Shown: positions 1 to 10,361, counted from the first letter of the stretch. The stretch: DNA of 64,000 nt from Chloroflexota bacterium (GCA_026710945.1 JAPOQA010000031.1:50611-114610); one strand, 5' to 3'. Notes: a model not told the origin generated them from the sequence alone. Translations and numbers: made by a program.

Positions 1-62
1 TGTCCACAGATTCACCGGTGTGGTGAGGAATACGATGAATTGGTGTTGAGAGCGTTTATTGG

Positions 63-92
63 TTGACACCCTCCTTAGCCGCCTGCTATCAT
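63..92 (+). promoter_or_regulatory. candidate sigma70-type promoter (TTGACA, 18-nt spacer, TATCAT)
   Basis: TTGACA at 63-68 and TATCAT at 87-92; a transcript would start near 100 and meet the hairpin plus T-run at 265-299. Confidence 0.3.
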
Positions 93-99
93 GCCTCAG

Positions 100-299
100 T
101 ACTTGCGGCGTGCCTAGCACGCTTGGCAGACGACAAAAGGTAATTCGGGTGTTGGTCGCAGTCCACAACTATTATTATCTGTTTACTAAGCCGGAGGGTC
201 CGGCTTAAGCAGGTACGCTTTGTCCCAGTGGACAAAGCGAGGACAGGCGGCACCCTCCGGCGATAGCAGAAAGTGAAAAGCTTTCTGCTTTTTCTTTTA
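100..299 (+). ncRNA. candidate ~200-nt small RNA, or a terminated leader upstream of the DAHP synthase gene
   Basis: No credible ORF (the only listed ORF, 89..391 minus, has no homology features); bounded by promoter-like hexamers and an intrinsic terminator; internal hairpins gccggagggtccggc and ctttgtcccagtggacaaag. Confidence 0.3.
265..299 (+). terminator. intrinsic terminator (9-bp stem agcagaaag/ctttctgct, loop tgaaaag, T-run tttttctttt)
   Basis: GC-containing hairpin immediately followed by a T-rich run on the plus strand. Confidence 0.55.
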
Positions 300-442
300 T
301 TGATAGGAGCGAGTGCCACCGAGAACTCTTCTGATCGTGCACAACCGACAGCTGAATTGGCAAGATCACCGTACAAGAAACGCCGCCTCACTTAACTGAG
401 GCGCAACACACCACAGAGGAAAGGGATCAAGGGTAGAAGGTC

Positions 443-1492
443 ATGATAGTCATAATGCGGACCGACGCCACTCAGGAGCAGATTGACGCCGTGCGACAGC
501 GTATTGAGGATGGCGGCGTGGAGTCGACCATCAGCCAAGGTGTAAACAAGACAGTAATCGGACTCATCGGCAAGCGGCCTCCCGGCATGATGGAGCAGGT
601 GCAAGTGCTGCCGGGTGTCGAAATGGTCATCCCCGTCGACAAGCCGTACAAGTTTGCTGCACGCGGCGAGGGCGGCGGCGATACCCACATTCGCGTCGGC
701 AACGTGACCATCGGCAGCAACGAAATCGGCGTCATCGGCGGTCCCTGCAGCGTGGAGAGCGAGGAGCAGATCATCGCTACCGCGCAGGCCGTGAAAGAAG
801 CAGGCGGACACATTCTGCGCGGCGGCGCCTTCAAACCGCGCACGTCGCCCTACAGCTTCCAGGGCATGGGTGGTGAAGGACTCAAGCTGCTGCGCACTGC
901 CGCAGACGCTACGGGACTGCCTCTTATCACCGAGGTCATGGATCCCCGTCGGGTCTCACTGGTTGCCGAGTACGTCGATATCATGCAGATTGGCGCCCGC
1001 AACATGCAGAACTTCACGCTCTTGCAAGAGGTAGGCAACACCGACAAGCCGGTAATGCTCAAGCGCGGCATGGCGGCAAGCATCGAAGACCTGCTTATGT
1101 CCGCGGAATACATCATGGCCGCCGGCAATATGCGCGTGATCCTGTGCGAGCGGGGCATCCGGACCTTTGAAACGGCTACCCGCAACACGCTCGACCTGAG
1201 CGCAATCCCCGTCCTCAAGGAAGAATCGCACCTGCCCGTCGTCATCGACCCCAGCCACGCCACGGGCAAGTGGGAGTTGGTGAAGCCGATGGCGCTCGCT
1301 GCGGTAGCCGCCGGTGCTGACGGCGTGATGATCGAAGTGCATCCCAATCCTGAACTCGCGCTATCTGACGGTCCGCAGAGCGTCACGCCGGCGCGCTTCT
1401 TCGACATCATGGATGCCATTCGCAAAGTGGCGGCCGCAGTTGGGCGGGAAGTCCCTGCTGCCACAGCCGAGTTGGAAGCCGCCACTACGTAG
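443..1492 (+). CDS. 3-deoxy-7-phosphoheptulonate (DAHP) synthase, type I-beta (KDO8P-synthase-like) with an N-terminal ferredoxin-like regulatory extension
   Basis: 349-aa ORF; TIM-barrel DAHPS/KDOPS motifs ([37 protein letters not shown]); same operon as aroA. Confidence 0.85.
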   Translation: MIVIMRTDATQEQIDAVRQRIEDGGVESTISQGVNKTVIGLIGKRPPGMMEQVQVLPGVEMVIPVDKPYKFAARGEGGGDTHIRVGNVTIGSNEIGVIGGPCSVESEEQIIATAQAVKEAGGHILRGGAFKPRTSPYSFQGMGGEGLKLLRTAADATGLPLITEVMDPRRVSLVAEYVDIMQIGARNMQNFTLLQEVGNTDKPVMLKRGMAASIEDLLMSAEYIMAAGNMRVILCERGIRTFETATRNTLDLSAIPVLKEESHLPVVIDPSHATGKWELVKPMALAAVAAGADGVMIEVHPNPELALSDGPQSVTPARFFDIMDAIRKVAAAVGREVPAATAELEAATT

Positions 1493-1525
1493 CCAAGACA
1501 TGACTGTTTACATGGGAAGAAATAC

Positions 1526-2074
1526 GTGAATGCCTGGGTGCAGATAATAGCGGAGGACGAGGCGGAGGGTCAGTTACGCGCGGTCTACCAGGAGCTACTC
1601 GGTGAAGGTCGGCGGAGCAGTGTGCCCGATTTCCTGCGCTTGCATAGTCTCGTGCCCCGCGCGATTGTTCCGCTCGCCCAGTTGCACCGGGCCATCGCTT
1701 ACGGGCCAGGCGAGTTGTCGCGGACACAGCGCGAGTTAATTGCCACGGTAGTTTCGGTCATCAACGGCTGCGGCCTTTGCCAAGAGCTGCATAGCCGCCT
1801 GCTGCTCCACCGCACCCGGGATGAAACGCTTGTGAAGCAAGTCCAATGCGATTTCCGCACAGCCCCCCTCACCGCTGTGGACCGCGCGATGCTGGAGTAC
1901 GCAGCGAAACTCACCACCGCTCCTGCTGCCGTTGCGCGTGAGGACATAGAACAATTGCGTCAACTTGGACTGAACGATGCTGCCATCGTCGCAATCGCCA
2001 CGCAAACCGCTCTCTTCAACTATCTGAACCGCGTCATTCAAGGCCTCGGTCTGGGAGAGACCGACGCACTATGA
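1526..2074 (+). CDS. carboxymuconolactone decarboxylase / AhpD-like family protein
   Basis: 182 aa, GTG start; AhpD-core-like CGLCQELH motif; lies between the DAHP synthase gene and aroA; its stop overlaps the aroA start (ATGA). Confidence 0.65.
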   Translation: MNAWVQIIAEDEAEGQLRAVYQELLGEGRRSSVPDFLRLHSLVPRAIVPLAQLHRAIAYGPGELSRTQRELIATVVSVINGCGLCQELHSRLLLHRTRDETLVKQVQCDFRTAPLTAVDRAMLEYAAKLTTAPAAVAREDIEQLRQLGLNDAAIVAIATQTALFNYLNRVIQGLGLGETDAL

Positions 2075-3366
2075 AGCGAATCCAACCCATCAATCACCCC
2101 GTGAACGCCACCGTTACCCTACCGGGATCCAAAAGCTATACCAACCGGGCGCTCATCCTCGCTGCGTTGGCTGACGGCACATCAACGTTACGCCAGGCGC
2201 TGTTTAGTGACGACACCGTGTACATGGCAGATGCGCTCCGGCAGCTTGGAATTCCTGTATGGGCAAACGAATCCGACAGTACGTTCGTGGTCGAAGGGAA
2301 AGGCGGCTCTATTCCCGCCAGCGAAGCGGACCTCTTCGTCGGACTCTCCGGTACGAGCGCGCGCTTTCTAACGGCGTTCGCCGCACTGGGCCACGGCCGT
2401 TACGGTGTGGATGGCGTCCCGCGCATGCGCGAACGCCCTATGCAACCGTTGCTTGACAGTATTCTCCAGCTAGGCGGCAGGATCCGGTCTCAGACCGGGA
2501 ATGGCTGCCTGCCCATCGCCATTGATGGGCGGGGGCTGCGCGGCGGCAGCGCTTCTATGGCCGGCGACCAGAGCAGCCAGTACTTCAGCGCTCTCCTTAT
2601 GGTCGCGCCATACATGGCAGATGGGCTCGACCTCGCCGTGAACGGCCGCCTCGTCCACGGTCAGTATGTCACTATGTCGATGAAGAGCATGGCGGAATTT
2701 GGGGTTGCGGCGACACATGAGGGAGAGCAGCGCTTTCGCGTTGCACCCGGGCAGCACTATCAAGCTCGCACGTACGACATAGAGCCGGACGCCTCCGCCG
2801 CATCCTATTTCTTTGCGGCTGCGGCGCTTTCGGGCGGCACGGTCCGCGTAGAAAATCTCGGCGCCGACTCCGCCCAAGGAGATTTAGACTTCGTTGACGT
2901 GCTCGCTGCCATGGGTTGCGAGGTCGAAAAGAGCGCCGATTACGTGAGCGTCACAGGTCCCAGCAATTTACAGGGCGTTGACGTAGACATGGGTTCCCTG
3001 TCCGACACCTTCATGACTCTGGCCGCCCTTGCGCCATTTGCCGACGGGCCTACCGTCATTCGCGGAATTGCGCACACCCGCTTGCAGGAAACCGACCGTG
3101 TTCACGCCACCGCGCAAGAGTTGCACAAGCTGGGAGTTGCCGTTGAAGAGTTTGACGACGGCTTGCGCATCAAGCCGGGCGCTGTGCACGGCGCCACCAT
3201 AGATCCCCACGACGACCATCGCATTGCGATGAGCTTTGCGCTGGTCGGCCTGCGGCAGCCCGGTGTTATAATCGGCAATCCAGAGTGCGTGGCAAAGACG
3301 TTTCCAGATTATTTCGACTGCCTAGAGGAAGCGGTTCGCCCAGCCCAGCGCTCTGCGCCAATCTGA
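2071..3366 (+). CDS. aroA: 3-phosphoshikimate 1-carboxyvinyltransferase (EPSP synthase)
   Basis: 431 aa; N-terminal LPGSKSYTNRALILAALA, later DHRIAMSFALVGL; ATGA overlap with the upstream gene. Confidence 0.9.
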   Translation: MKRIQPINHPVNATVTLPGSKSYTNRALILAALADGTSTLRQALFSDDTVYMADALRQLGIPVWANESDSTFVVEGKGGSIPASEADLFVGLSGTSARFLTAFAALGHGRYGVDGVPRMRERPMQPLLDSILQLGGRIRSQTGNGCLPIAIDGRGLRGGSASMAGDQSSQYFSALLMVAPYMADGLDLAVNGRLVHGQYVTMSMKSMAEFGVAATHEGEQRFRVAPGQHYQARTYDIEPDASAASYFFAAAALSGGTVRVENLGADSAQGDLDFVDVLAAMGCEVEKSADYVSVTGPSNLQGVDVDMGSLSDTFMTLAALAPFADGPTVIRGIAHTRLQETDRVHATAQELHKLGVAVEEFDDGLRIKPGAVHGATIDPHDDHRIAMSFALVGLRQPGVIIGNPECVAKTFPDYFDCLEEAVRPAQRSAPI

Positions 3367-3740
3367 TCGGCCGCGCCCAGCAATCGCTTGCAGCAAGCCT
3401 GGTTTGCCGCCTATCCCCATCTGGATGGAACGCGAGTGCTCGCTTTCGTTACTATCCCGGCGCCAAAGGCACAGAGTTTGCCCCAAGAATGCTCTACGGC
3501 AAGCTTTGCCCTAGTCCCGGCCAGCCCTTAAGTGGGCTATCGGCCGCAAGGCTCTCATAGATTCCCCGCTCCCGGGTTTCACAGTTGCCTCTCCATGGGG
3601 CTCATCTTGCGTGAGAGCGACACAGCAACGGCATACAGAATCCAACACCGAAAGATTTCACCGCGCCGAGACCATCCAGCCTGCATAGCGGATTCTTGCT
3701 TGGTTGCTACAGCGCTCTACGCCCTGCTACTATCGCTACT

Positions 3741-6017
3741 ATGAGCCGCTTTCTTTCCACCCTTGCGACACCTCTCGCGGGCTTCCAACCGTCCTTGGAA
3801 GACGCACCAAAGCACTCGCCACGCTTGATTGGTGTTATCTTTCTGTTCTTCTTCTTGCTGTACACCCTAACCGGCGGCGGTCATGTTTACAGCGCAGAGG
3901 GGGAACACGCATACGCCATCAGCCACAGCCTCCTCTTGGAGCCGGAACGCGAAGGCCTGCAGCAAGACTATCGCGAACTCGCATCGTGGGAGTTGGGGCT
4001 ACCGGTCTTGATGCAACCCACCTTGCTCCTAGGCGCCATCATCGATCCTTTGCTGCCCCAGAGGGATGCATTTGGGCATCAGGGAGACACATATGTGCTG
4101 GGAGAGTATCCGGTACTTGCACGACGAGGCACGCCCAATACTCGCGATACACTCCATATACCCCTTGAGGACACACGAGCCAAGGCGCTCGTAATCTTTT
4201 CCAATTTGGAATCATCTCAAGAGATCAAGGAAGGTTCGCGTATCGCCACGATTACGTTTGACACCGTCCCCGTAGGTAGATTCTTTGGAGAGGTGAAGGC
4301 CGGGCGAGACACTGCAGAGGCAGCATACGACCTTTCTGTCATTCAAGGAGGAGTGGCGCATGGCAAGGCTGAGACTGTGGCTCGTCGCATCGGCATGCCC
4401 AGGTCCAACATCTACGTCTCAGAGCTGCAGTTTACACAGCGCTTGACCGTTAAGAGCATCACCATCCAGTACCACGCACAAGAAGGCGCGTTGCACATAT
4501 CTTCTCTTAACCTCATAGACGCCGAGACTGACGAACCTATACTGATCGGCTCCACTGGAAGAGTATGGTCCGAGCAGGAAAACAGTGACTATTTCAGGCG
4601 CTTATTTGCGCTCTTTACCAACGCCTGGGTAACCGCCCTCAGTGCGGTGCTCATGTTTCTCATAACGCGACGCCTGGGATACCACAGCCAGGTCGCCCTT
4701 GCCTTGACGTTGCTCTTTGGACTAGCCACGCTTGCGTGGCCGTACGCCAAGTATGACTATACTGAACCGGGAATTGCTCTCGCTCTCTTGGGTACGGTCT
4801 ATTTCCTGCTGCGGGGTGTCCAAGACCGGCAATTGGGTTGGATTCTTGTCAGCGGACTCATCATTGTGTGCGGCATTGCCATTAAGTTTGTTACGGCAAT
4901 CAATCTGGCTGTCCTTGTTCCGCTGCCGGCACTCGTTTCATTCCAGGGCTCCCGCCAATTCCTGCGATCCCTCGCTTGGGCTCTCGTACGCACTCTCGTA
5001 TTCCTGGCCCCGATAGGCCTTGTTGGCCTCGTGGCACTCGTCGCGCTTGTGTCTGCATCGGACCTGGAGTCTTTTGTGCCTACCGACTTGATCGAGAGAC
5101 TTTCCGCCGGGCTCGACCTGCCGACATGGATTGGTCTGTATGGCAACCTGTTAAGTCCGGGGAAGAGCGTCCTGCTCTATGCGCCACCCCTCATTCTTGC
5201 TCTCTTTGGGAGTCTGCCGTTCATATCGCGACACAAGTGGTGGTCGCTTCCATTCGCGTGCATACCCCTGATCTACTTGCTCATCTATAGCAGTGCAGGC
5301 GACTGGTATGGCGGGAGTACCTGGGGACCGCGCTACCTGGTTCCTGCCGTACCTCTGCTGCTGGTGATGGCTGCGCCAATTCTAGAGAAAGCGCTATTTG
5401 ACAATGGCGTGAGAGAATTGCGGGCCGCCGTGGTTCTCGGCGCTGTAGGAATCGGTATGCAACTCCTCGCCGTCGCCAATAACTTCGAGCGGTACTTCAG
5501 CCTGCTGCGTTCCCAGGTCTTGCCGCAGATTCCGGAGAGCGGCGCGTTTCTGGCCGGACGTGTAGGACAAGCATATTACGCCCATCCTGCAAACTTGCCA
5601 GCCGATAAGGAGAGTGTCCTCTATCTTTTTGCGACACCATTTTCGCCCATATTCGCCCACATCTGGATTCTGGCGGCAGACACAGTGGACCTTTTCCTGA
5701 TTTCAAGCCCCGAAATCCTGCGAGCCGTGCTAAGTCGTCCTCCATGGACTTTGCTGGGAGTGGCAATTTGGCCTCAGCACCCCGAAGAGGTGCTGGGTCT
5801 GGACTTCTGGTCGATGACATTGTGGCGGGACTTTACCAACCACGCCATCCTTCTCGCGTTCATCTTAATCTTCGTATTGGCCTGCCAGGCCGCAACCCTC
5901 TACTGCTGGACGTGGCTAAGCCAGCGTTTCGAGCTAAGCATGCGGCTCTATTGGGGTGGAATTATCGGCCTTGCGACGTTCTTTATCCTGTTCGATGTGT
6001 CCCACATTCTTCAATAG
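3741..6017 (+). CDS. large polytopic membrane protein, possible GT-C-type (PMT/ArnT-like) glycosyltransferase
   Basis: ORF 3696..6017; N-terminal TM (VIFLFFFLLYTLTGGG) followed by the acidic AEGEH motif, a ~300-aa loop domain and then >=10 predicted TM helices; start codon uncertain (3696 or 3741). Confidence 0.4.
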   Translation: MSRFLSTLATPLAGFQPSLEDAPKHSPRLIGVIFLFFFLLYTLTGGGHVYSAEGEHAYAISHSLLLEPEREGLQQDYRELASWELGLPVLMQPTLLLGAIIDPLLPQRDAFGHQGDTYVLGEYPVLARRGTPNTRDTLHIPLEDTRAKALVIFSNLESSQEIKEGSRIATITFDTVPVGRFFGEVKAGRDTAEAAYDLSVIQGGVAHGKAETVARRIGMPRSNIYVSELQFTQRLTVKSITIQYHAQEGALHISSLNLIDAETDEPILIGSTGRVWSEQENSDYFRRLFALFTNAWVTALSAVLMFLITRRLGYHSQVALALTLLFGLATLAWPYAKYDYTEPGIALALLGTVYFLLRGVQDRQLGWILVSGLIIVCGIAIKFVTAINLAVLVPLPALVSFQGSRQFLRSLAWALVRTLVFLAPIGLVGLVALVALVSASDLESFVPTDLIERLSAGLDLPTWIGLYGNLLSPGKSVLLYAPPLILALFGSLPFISRHKWWSLPFACIPLIYLLIYSSAGDWYGGSTWGPRYLVPAVPLLLVMAAPILEKALFDNGVRELRAAVVLGAVGIGMQLLAVANNFERYFSLLRSQVLPQIPESGAFLAGRVGQAYYAHPANLPADKESVLYLFATPFSPIFAHIWILAADTVDLFLISSPEILRAVLSRPPWTLLGVAIWPQHPEEVLGLDFWSMTLWRDFTNHAILLAFILIFVLACQAATLYCWTWLSQRFELSMRLYWGGIIGLATFFILFDVSHILQ

Positions 6018-6295
6018 CGCAGCTCGCATGCCGAGAATTCACTTGGTGATTCACGCGGGATTTAGGCGTGCCGCAGGTGTGCCAAAACACGCTACTGCGA
6101 AGCCTGCCGCTTGCCAAAGAAAATACGCAGCTTAGGCACGCCGCGCGCAGGCCTCGAGAACTAGCCTCTTCCCAGATGCCAAGAATCGCAAAGGCTTACT
6201 GGACGTGGGTAAGAAAAGGCCGAGACAACCTGGGTTGAACAAAGTCATCGCCCGGACGGGCAACTCAAGGGAACTGCGTCAACCGAATTGCAGGA

Positions 6296-6700
6296 TTAGG
6301 CGTTGCAGGGTATGACTTGAACAGCCACCGAGCGTCGTGGGCGAGGGCCGTCAAGCTCTACGAAGAAGACGCTCTGCCAGGTTCCCAGGACAAGGCGGCC
6401 TTCATGAACCGGGATCATAAGGTTGCCGCCAATGATACCGGCCGTGAGGTGTGACCGGGCATTATTGTCTACGCAGTCATGCCGATACTGCGCTTGGGGC
6501 AGCAAATCCCGCACGACCGCCTCAAAGTCTCGCTTGAGACCGGGTTCGTTTTCGTTGACAAGCATACATGCGGTTGTATGCAAACAGAAGACGCTGCAGA
6601 CACCTTCTTCAATGCCGGATTCCGTCACGGCATCGTGAAGGTCATTGGTGATATCCAGCAACTCAGTGGGTTGCGCGGACGCAAGAGTTATCGTCTTCAT
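6296..6700 (-). CDS. YjbQ/UPF0047 family protein (secondary thiamine-phosphate synthase-like)
   Basis: ORF 6296..6742; probable start at MKTITL; conserved core SVFCLHTTACMLVNENEPGL...HLTAGIIGG...VFFVELDGPRPR. Confidence 0.7.
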   Translation of the reverse strand: MKTITLASAQPTELLDITNDLHDAVTESGIEEGVCSVFCLHTTACMLVNENEPGLKRDFEAVVRDLLPQAQYRHDCVDNNARSHLTAGIIGGNLMIPVHEGRLVLGTWQSVFFVELDGPRPRRSVAVQVIPCNA

Positions 6701-6986
6701 AGCTTTGATTTCACGATACCACACGACTCTGAAATGAGACAAAGACGCACGGGACAGACAATCTCTGCTTCTCCAGGTCTACAACCACCGGTCTATCGCC
6801 GCCCACTTGCCGTTATTCCACACTTACAAATGCAATCCGGCTGCGCCATTGCTCTACCCACAGAAACGCTACCAACGAGCCTCCACTGCTGTGGTCTTGA
6901 CCTGACCCCTTTTCAAGCGAAAACACACATGTGGCAACTCTTTGGTAACGCTGTGTCACAGCACGCTACGCGTGTGCCCGGCAGAT

Positions 6987-9900
6987 TCAAGGCGGTCCGG
7001 CCCCAGCAGTTTTCAATCCCTCTCCAGAACTCGTGGGTTTCCGGCTAGTAGTGTACACGATGGCGCACAAGGCCGCCGTTAACCAAAACCAGCTCGCCAG
7101 GTCCGGCAAGAAATAGTAATTGTCCAACATGCCGTGGGTTACTGCCGCGAGTTGGCTCCCAGCCAAGCCCACACCAAGAGCGCGTACTTCCTTTTCCCGG
7201 CTGGTATACGCAATGCGATGTGTGAGCATGAAGAAGCGCGCAAGATAGCCAACGATGAAGACGACTCCCACTATCCCGAGGCGCAGCCAGAAGTCAAGGA
7301 AGAGATTGTGCGGGTGCGACAAATTCGGCTCACGCCAGGCAGCCGGGTTCAAGTACTGCGCGTGGACATAGAGGTAGTTATCCAGACCTACACCGGTGAT
7401 CGGGTAGTCCGCGATCATCTGCAGGGATGACTGCCCATTAACGATTCGCATGTGCGTCGTTGTGCCTGGCTCGACACTTAGTACCGACCGCACCCGCTCC
7501 GGGCCAAAGTTGACGCCACCGGCAAACAGCAGCACCGCGACGAGGACTACGCCACCGAAGAAACGTACCCGTAGTCGGCGTTCCGGCAAGAGCACCCAAA
7601 TGAAGAACAGCAGGAGTATAAGCCCGGCTATCCATCCCGCGCGCGAGAAGCTGCCCAGCAACGCCACCGCGAGCACACCTGCGAGCGGCCAAGCCACACG
7701 GGAGGGCCAAAGCTTGAACATGCCGGCAGCGACCACAAACGGCAGCGCCCGTTCGACTATCATCGCAAGGTGATTGGGCGAGGGATAGAATCCCGAGAGC
7801 CGAATCACGCCTTCTGCCTGCACCGCAGCATTGGGGTCGATGATGGGCCCTGCCAGCGCCACTGCCGCCGCCACGGCCGCGCCCGCCACAAACGCCTGTA
7901 TCAACCGCCACGCCTGCTGCCGGTTTTCGAGCAGCCAGCTTGCGACCAAGAACAATAGCACCGGCACAACTATCGTCTGGCGCAACTCGCGCAAACTAAA
8001 GACCCCATAGTGGGAAAACAGGAGCGACACCGCACCGATCACGAGCAAACCGACAGCCCACCAGGTAAAGACGCGCCGTTCAACAACCAAGCGCTGCCTC
8101 ACGAACGTGTGCACCAGCAGCGACCCGACGAGCAGTGCCGCCAGAATCTCATTGACGGGCAGCGCGAGGCGACCGGCGGCGGGTGTCAAAACGGAGAAGG
8201 GCAGTGTTGCTGCCACAACGAACAAGAGTGCACGGGGCCAGACCAGTGCGGCAAGGCCAAGCAGGGCCACGAGCAAATACTGCGCCGCCGCTCCCGGCAC
8301 AATCCACAGCAGACCGGCCACCGGCAGCAACAACCCGAATCGAGCCGTCTCATGCTGCCATATGCCACTGGCAGTCCGTTCCATGATCTTGCCGAGAAGC
8401 TCGCTAAGCTGACGCCGTTGCCGCAGCCATCCGGTAAGAATCCAGCCGATTGCGGCAATGAATCCCGCGTACAGCCCGCCTACAAGTACATAGGGCCACA
8501 AGGGACGTTCCCGCACGACGACTATGGCATCGATGTCTACCCCAATGTCGCTCGACTGTAGGTTGCGCCGGCCTGTGACTTCGATCTCAACAAGGTGCTC
8601 GCGATCCGGGAGTCGATCTGCCAGCAGCACTTCTTCTTGCCAGCGGTCTTCAGGTGCGTAAAGGTCCAGCATGGCCTGACCGCCCGCGTCCTTGTCCAGG
8701 CGGTGGGCAAGAGACTGCGAGCCGTTGATGCGCACCAATGCAATGCCCTTGTCCGGCCCTTTGTGGACTACCAGGGAGACTGCCGTGCCATGAAAGCGAA
8801 AGCGCAGGCGGGCGCCCGCCTGCGGGCTGCCCCGCGCCTGACCCAGCGAGTAGGTTTCATTGGCGATGTCGATCCACTCGCCCTCCCAGGCGAGCGCGGG
8901 ATGGTTCTCCTGATGGTAGCCCGGCCCGAGTACGGGCGGCGCGCCCATCAAATCCCGCATGGCCGCAAGCACCGGGCGCTGTGCGAATTCCTTATCCACA
9001 ATGCCGAAGTATTGCGTGGGGTCATCGGGGTGGGCTTGGGGCCAGTAGAAGTGCCAGAGATTTATCATCGGCAGCCACGGCCACTCGCGTTGCGCGCGCT
9101 GCATGCCCTCCACTGTGTAGCGTGCCTGCGTCGCTTCCGAGACATTGCCCCAAGGCGAAGGACTGCCCTGCCAGTCCGTTGGCAGCGCGACCCACCCGTA
9201 CTCTCCGGCCCAGATGGGTTTGGACGCGTCGCCGTTTCGCACCATCACTTCCCGTACCAACACCGCTCGCGCCATGTTCGTGCGGTGTCGCGCTATGTAG
9301 CGGTCATCCGGGCCGTGCCACAAGCCATAGGACGCCGTGCTGACCACGTCGAAGTACGGCGCGCCGCCGTGCGCATAGATGCCCTCGAGAAAGAGCAGCT
9401 CACTGAGGTTCTTGGGACCGGTCTCAGTCGTCGGCGCCAACACGGCGGCAACGATGATCGCCTTCGGATTCGCCTGCCGGATACGCTGCGAGGCCACTTG
9501 GAGCATCGCCACGTAGGCCGCCGGATCGGGATTGTGCGGCCACCATTCGCCATGGAGATTGGGTTCATTCCAAATTTGGAAGATCTGCACGTCCCCGCGG
9601 TACCGCTGGGCAAACGCATATGCAAAGTCTCCATAGTCCTCAAGCCGTGCCGGTGGGCCCTGTTGACGCCCGTCGTCCGGCGGCTTGTCGTCGGCATACG
9701 CCCAAGGTGGGGGTCGTTCGAGGCGCGCGATGATCGTCAAGTTGTGTTGCTTCGCCAGCGCGACCAGCCGGTCGTACTTCTGCCAGGTACTTTCCTCGGC
9801 AAGGTCGTTCCAGTACCTTCCCTTCCACGGACGCTCGATGTCCTCCCAGGCAAAGACCTGCCGGATGTAGCGAAAGCCTGCTTCTTCCAATAACGCCATG

Positions 9901-10103
9901 CCGCGCTCGATACGATCCCAATCCGGGTCTTGATCGAAGCGCGTATTGATGCCGTAGCGATACACCGCGGCGTGGCGGAGGGGGTGCACGGATTCGCGTC
10001 CGTAGGCGACGCCGGTTTCAAACCAGAAGCGGTAGCCGACCAAGGCCAGCGTCGCGGCGCAGAGCACCAGAAGACAACCAACAAAGAGGAGTAGTCGCAC
10101 CAC
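6987..10103 (-). CDS. fusion membrane protein: N-terminal TM anchor, clan GH-A-like glycoside hydrolase domain, and C-terminal O-antigen-ligase (Wzy_C / WaaL / PglL-like) polytopic domain
   Basis: 1038 aa; the N-terminal 350 aa carry GH5-like motifs (IWNEPNL acid/base, AGEYGW nucleophile); a middle beta-rich domain follows; the C-terminal ~500 aa have >=10 TM helices with Wzy_C hallmarks (FSRAGWIAGLILLLF, SHPHNLFLDFWLRLGIVG). Confidence 0.65.
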   Translation of the reverse strand: MVRLLLFVGCLLVLCAATLALVGYRFWFETGVAYGRESVHPLRHAAVYRYGINTRFDQDPDWDRIERGMALLEEAGFRYIRQVFAWEDIERPWKGRYWNDLAEESTWQKYDRLVALAKQHNLTIIARLERPPPWAYADDKPPDDGRQQGPPARLEDYGDFAYAFAQRYRGDVQIFQIWNEPNLHGEWWPHNPDPAAYVAMLQVASQRIRQANPKAIIVAAVLAPTTETGPKNLSELLFLEGIYAHGGAPYFDVVSTASYGLWHGPDDRYIARHRTNMARAVLVREVMVRNGDASKPIWAGEYGWVALPTDWQGSPSPWGNVSEATQARYTVEGMQRAQREWPWLPMINLWHFYWPQAHPDDPTQYFGIVDKEFAQRPVLAAMRDLMGAPPVLGPGYHQENHPALAWEGEWIDIANETYSLGQARGSPQAGARLRFRFHGTAVSLVVHKGPDKGIALVRINGSQSLAHRLDKDAGGQAMLDLYAPEDRWQEEVLLADRLPDREHLVEIEVTGRRNLQSSDIGVDIDAIVVVRERPLWPYVLVGGLYAGFIAAIGWILTGWLRQRRQLSELLGKIMERTASGIWQHETARFGLLLPVAGLLWIVPGAAAQYLLVALLGLAALVWPRALLFVVAATLPFSVLTPAAGRLALPVNEILAALLVGSLLVHTFVRQRLVVERRVFTWWAVGLLVIGAVSLLFSHYGVFSLRELRQTIVVPVLLFLVASWLLENRQQAWRLIQAFVAGAAVAAAVALAGPIIDPNAAVQAEGVIRLSGFYPSPNHLAMIVERALPFVVAAGMFKLWPSRVAWPLAGVLAVALLGSFSRAGWIAGLILLLFFIWVLLPERRLRVRFFGGVVLVAVLLFAGGVNFGPERVRSVLSVEPGTTTHMRIVNGQSSLQMIADYPITGVGLDNYLYVHAQYLNPAAWREPNLSHPHNLFLDFWLRLGIVGVVFIVGYLARFFMLTHRIAYTSREKEVRALGVGLAGSQLAAVTHGMLDNYYFLPDLASWFWLTAALCAIVYTTSRKPTSSGEGLKTAGAGPP

Positions 10104-10361
10104 TGTAGGAAAAGTCTCTCCAGGGAAGCACTATCTAAGCGCGTGGCGACCAATCGGGATCCCATTTAAGCAGAGTTTAGCAGTAACGCCGCTAACGCGT
10201 ACTCGCTGCCTAGGACTGCCGCAAGTCAGTTGGGACGCTGGGTGGAGTCTCGTGCCCGGGCGGGAAAGCTTCAGGTCAGGCGGAGAAGATGAGGGAGCAG
10301 TTGGCCCGCAGCCGCTTCCAGGCACAAGTCTTGCGGCAGGAAAGTGCCCGAGGGAAGCCTG

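Noticed and set aside
89-391. 100-aa minus-strand ORF at the window start
   Set aside because: No homology-like features; overlaps the promoter, hairpins and terminator of the candidate sRNA region on the other strand; typical high-GC spurious frame.
8595-9893. 432-aa plus-strand ORF inside the GH::ligase fusion gene; also 21750..22946 (minus, inside alaS), 18814..20109 (minus, inside the MFS gene) and 57701..58429 (minus, inside the GMC gene)
   Set aside because: Long antisense frames are expected at >60% GC; their compositions are Arg/Ala/Pro-rich with no motifs, while the opposite-strand genes have strong family signatures.
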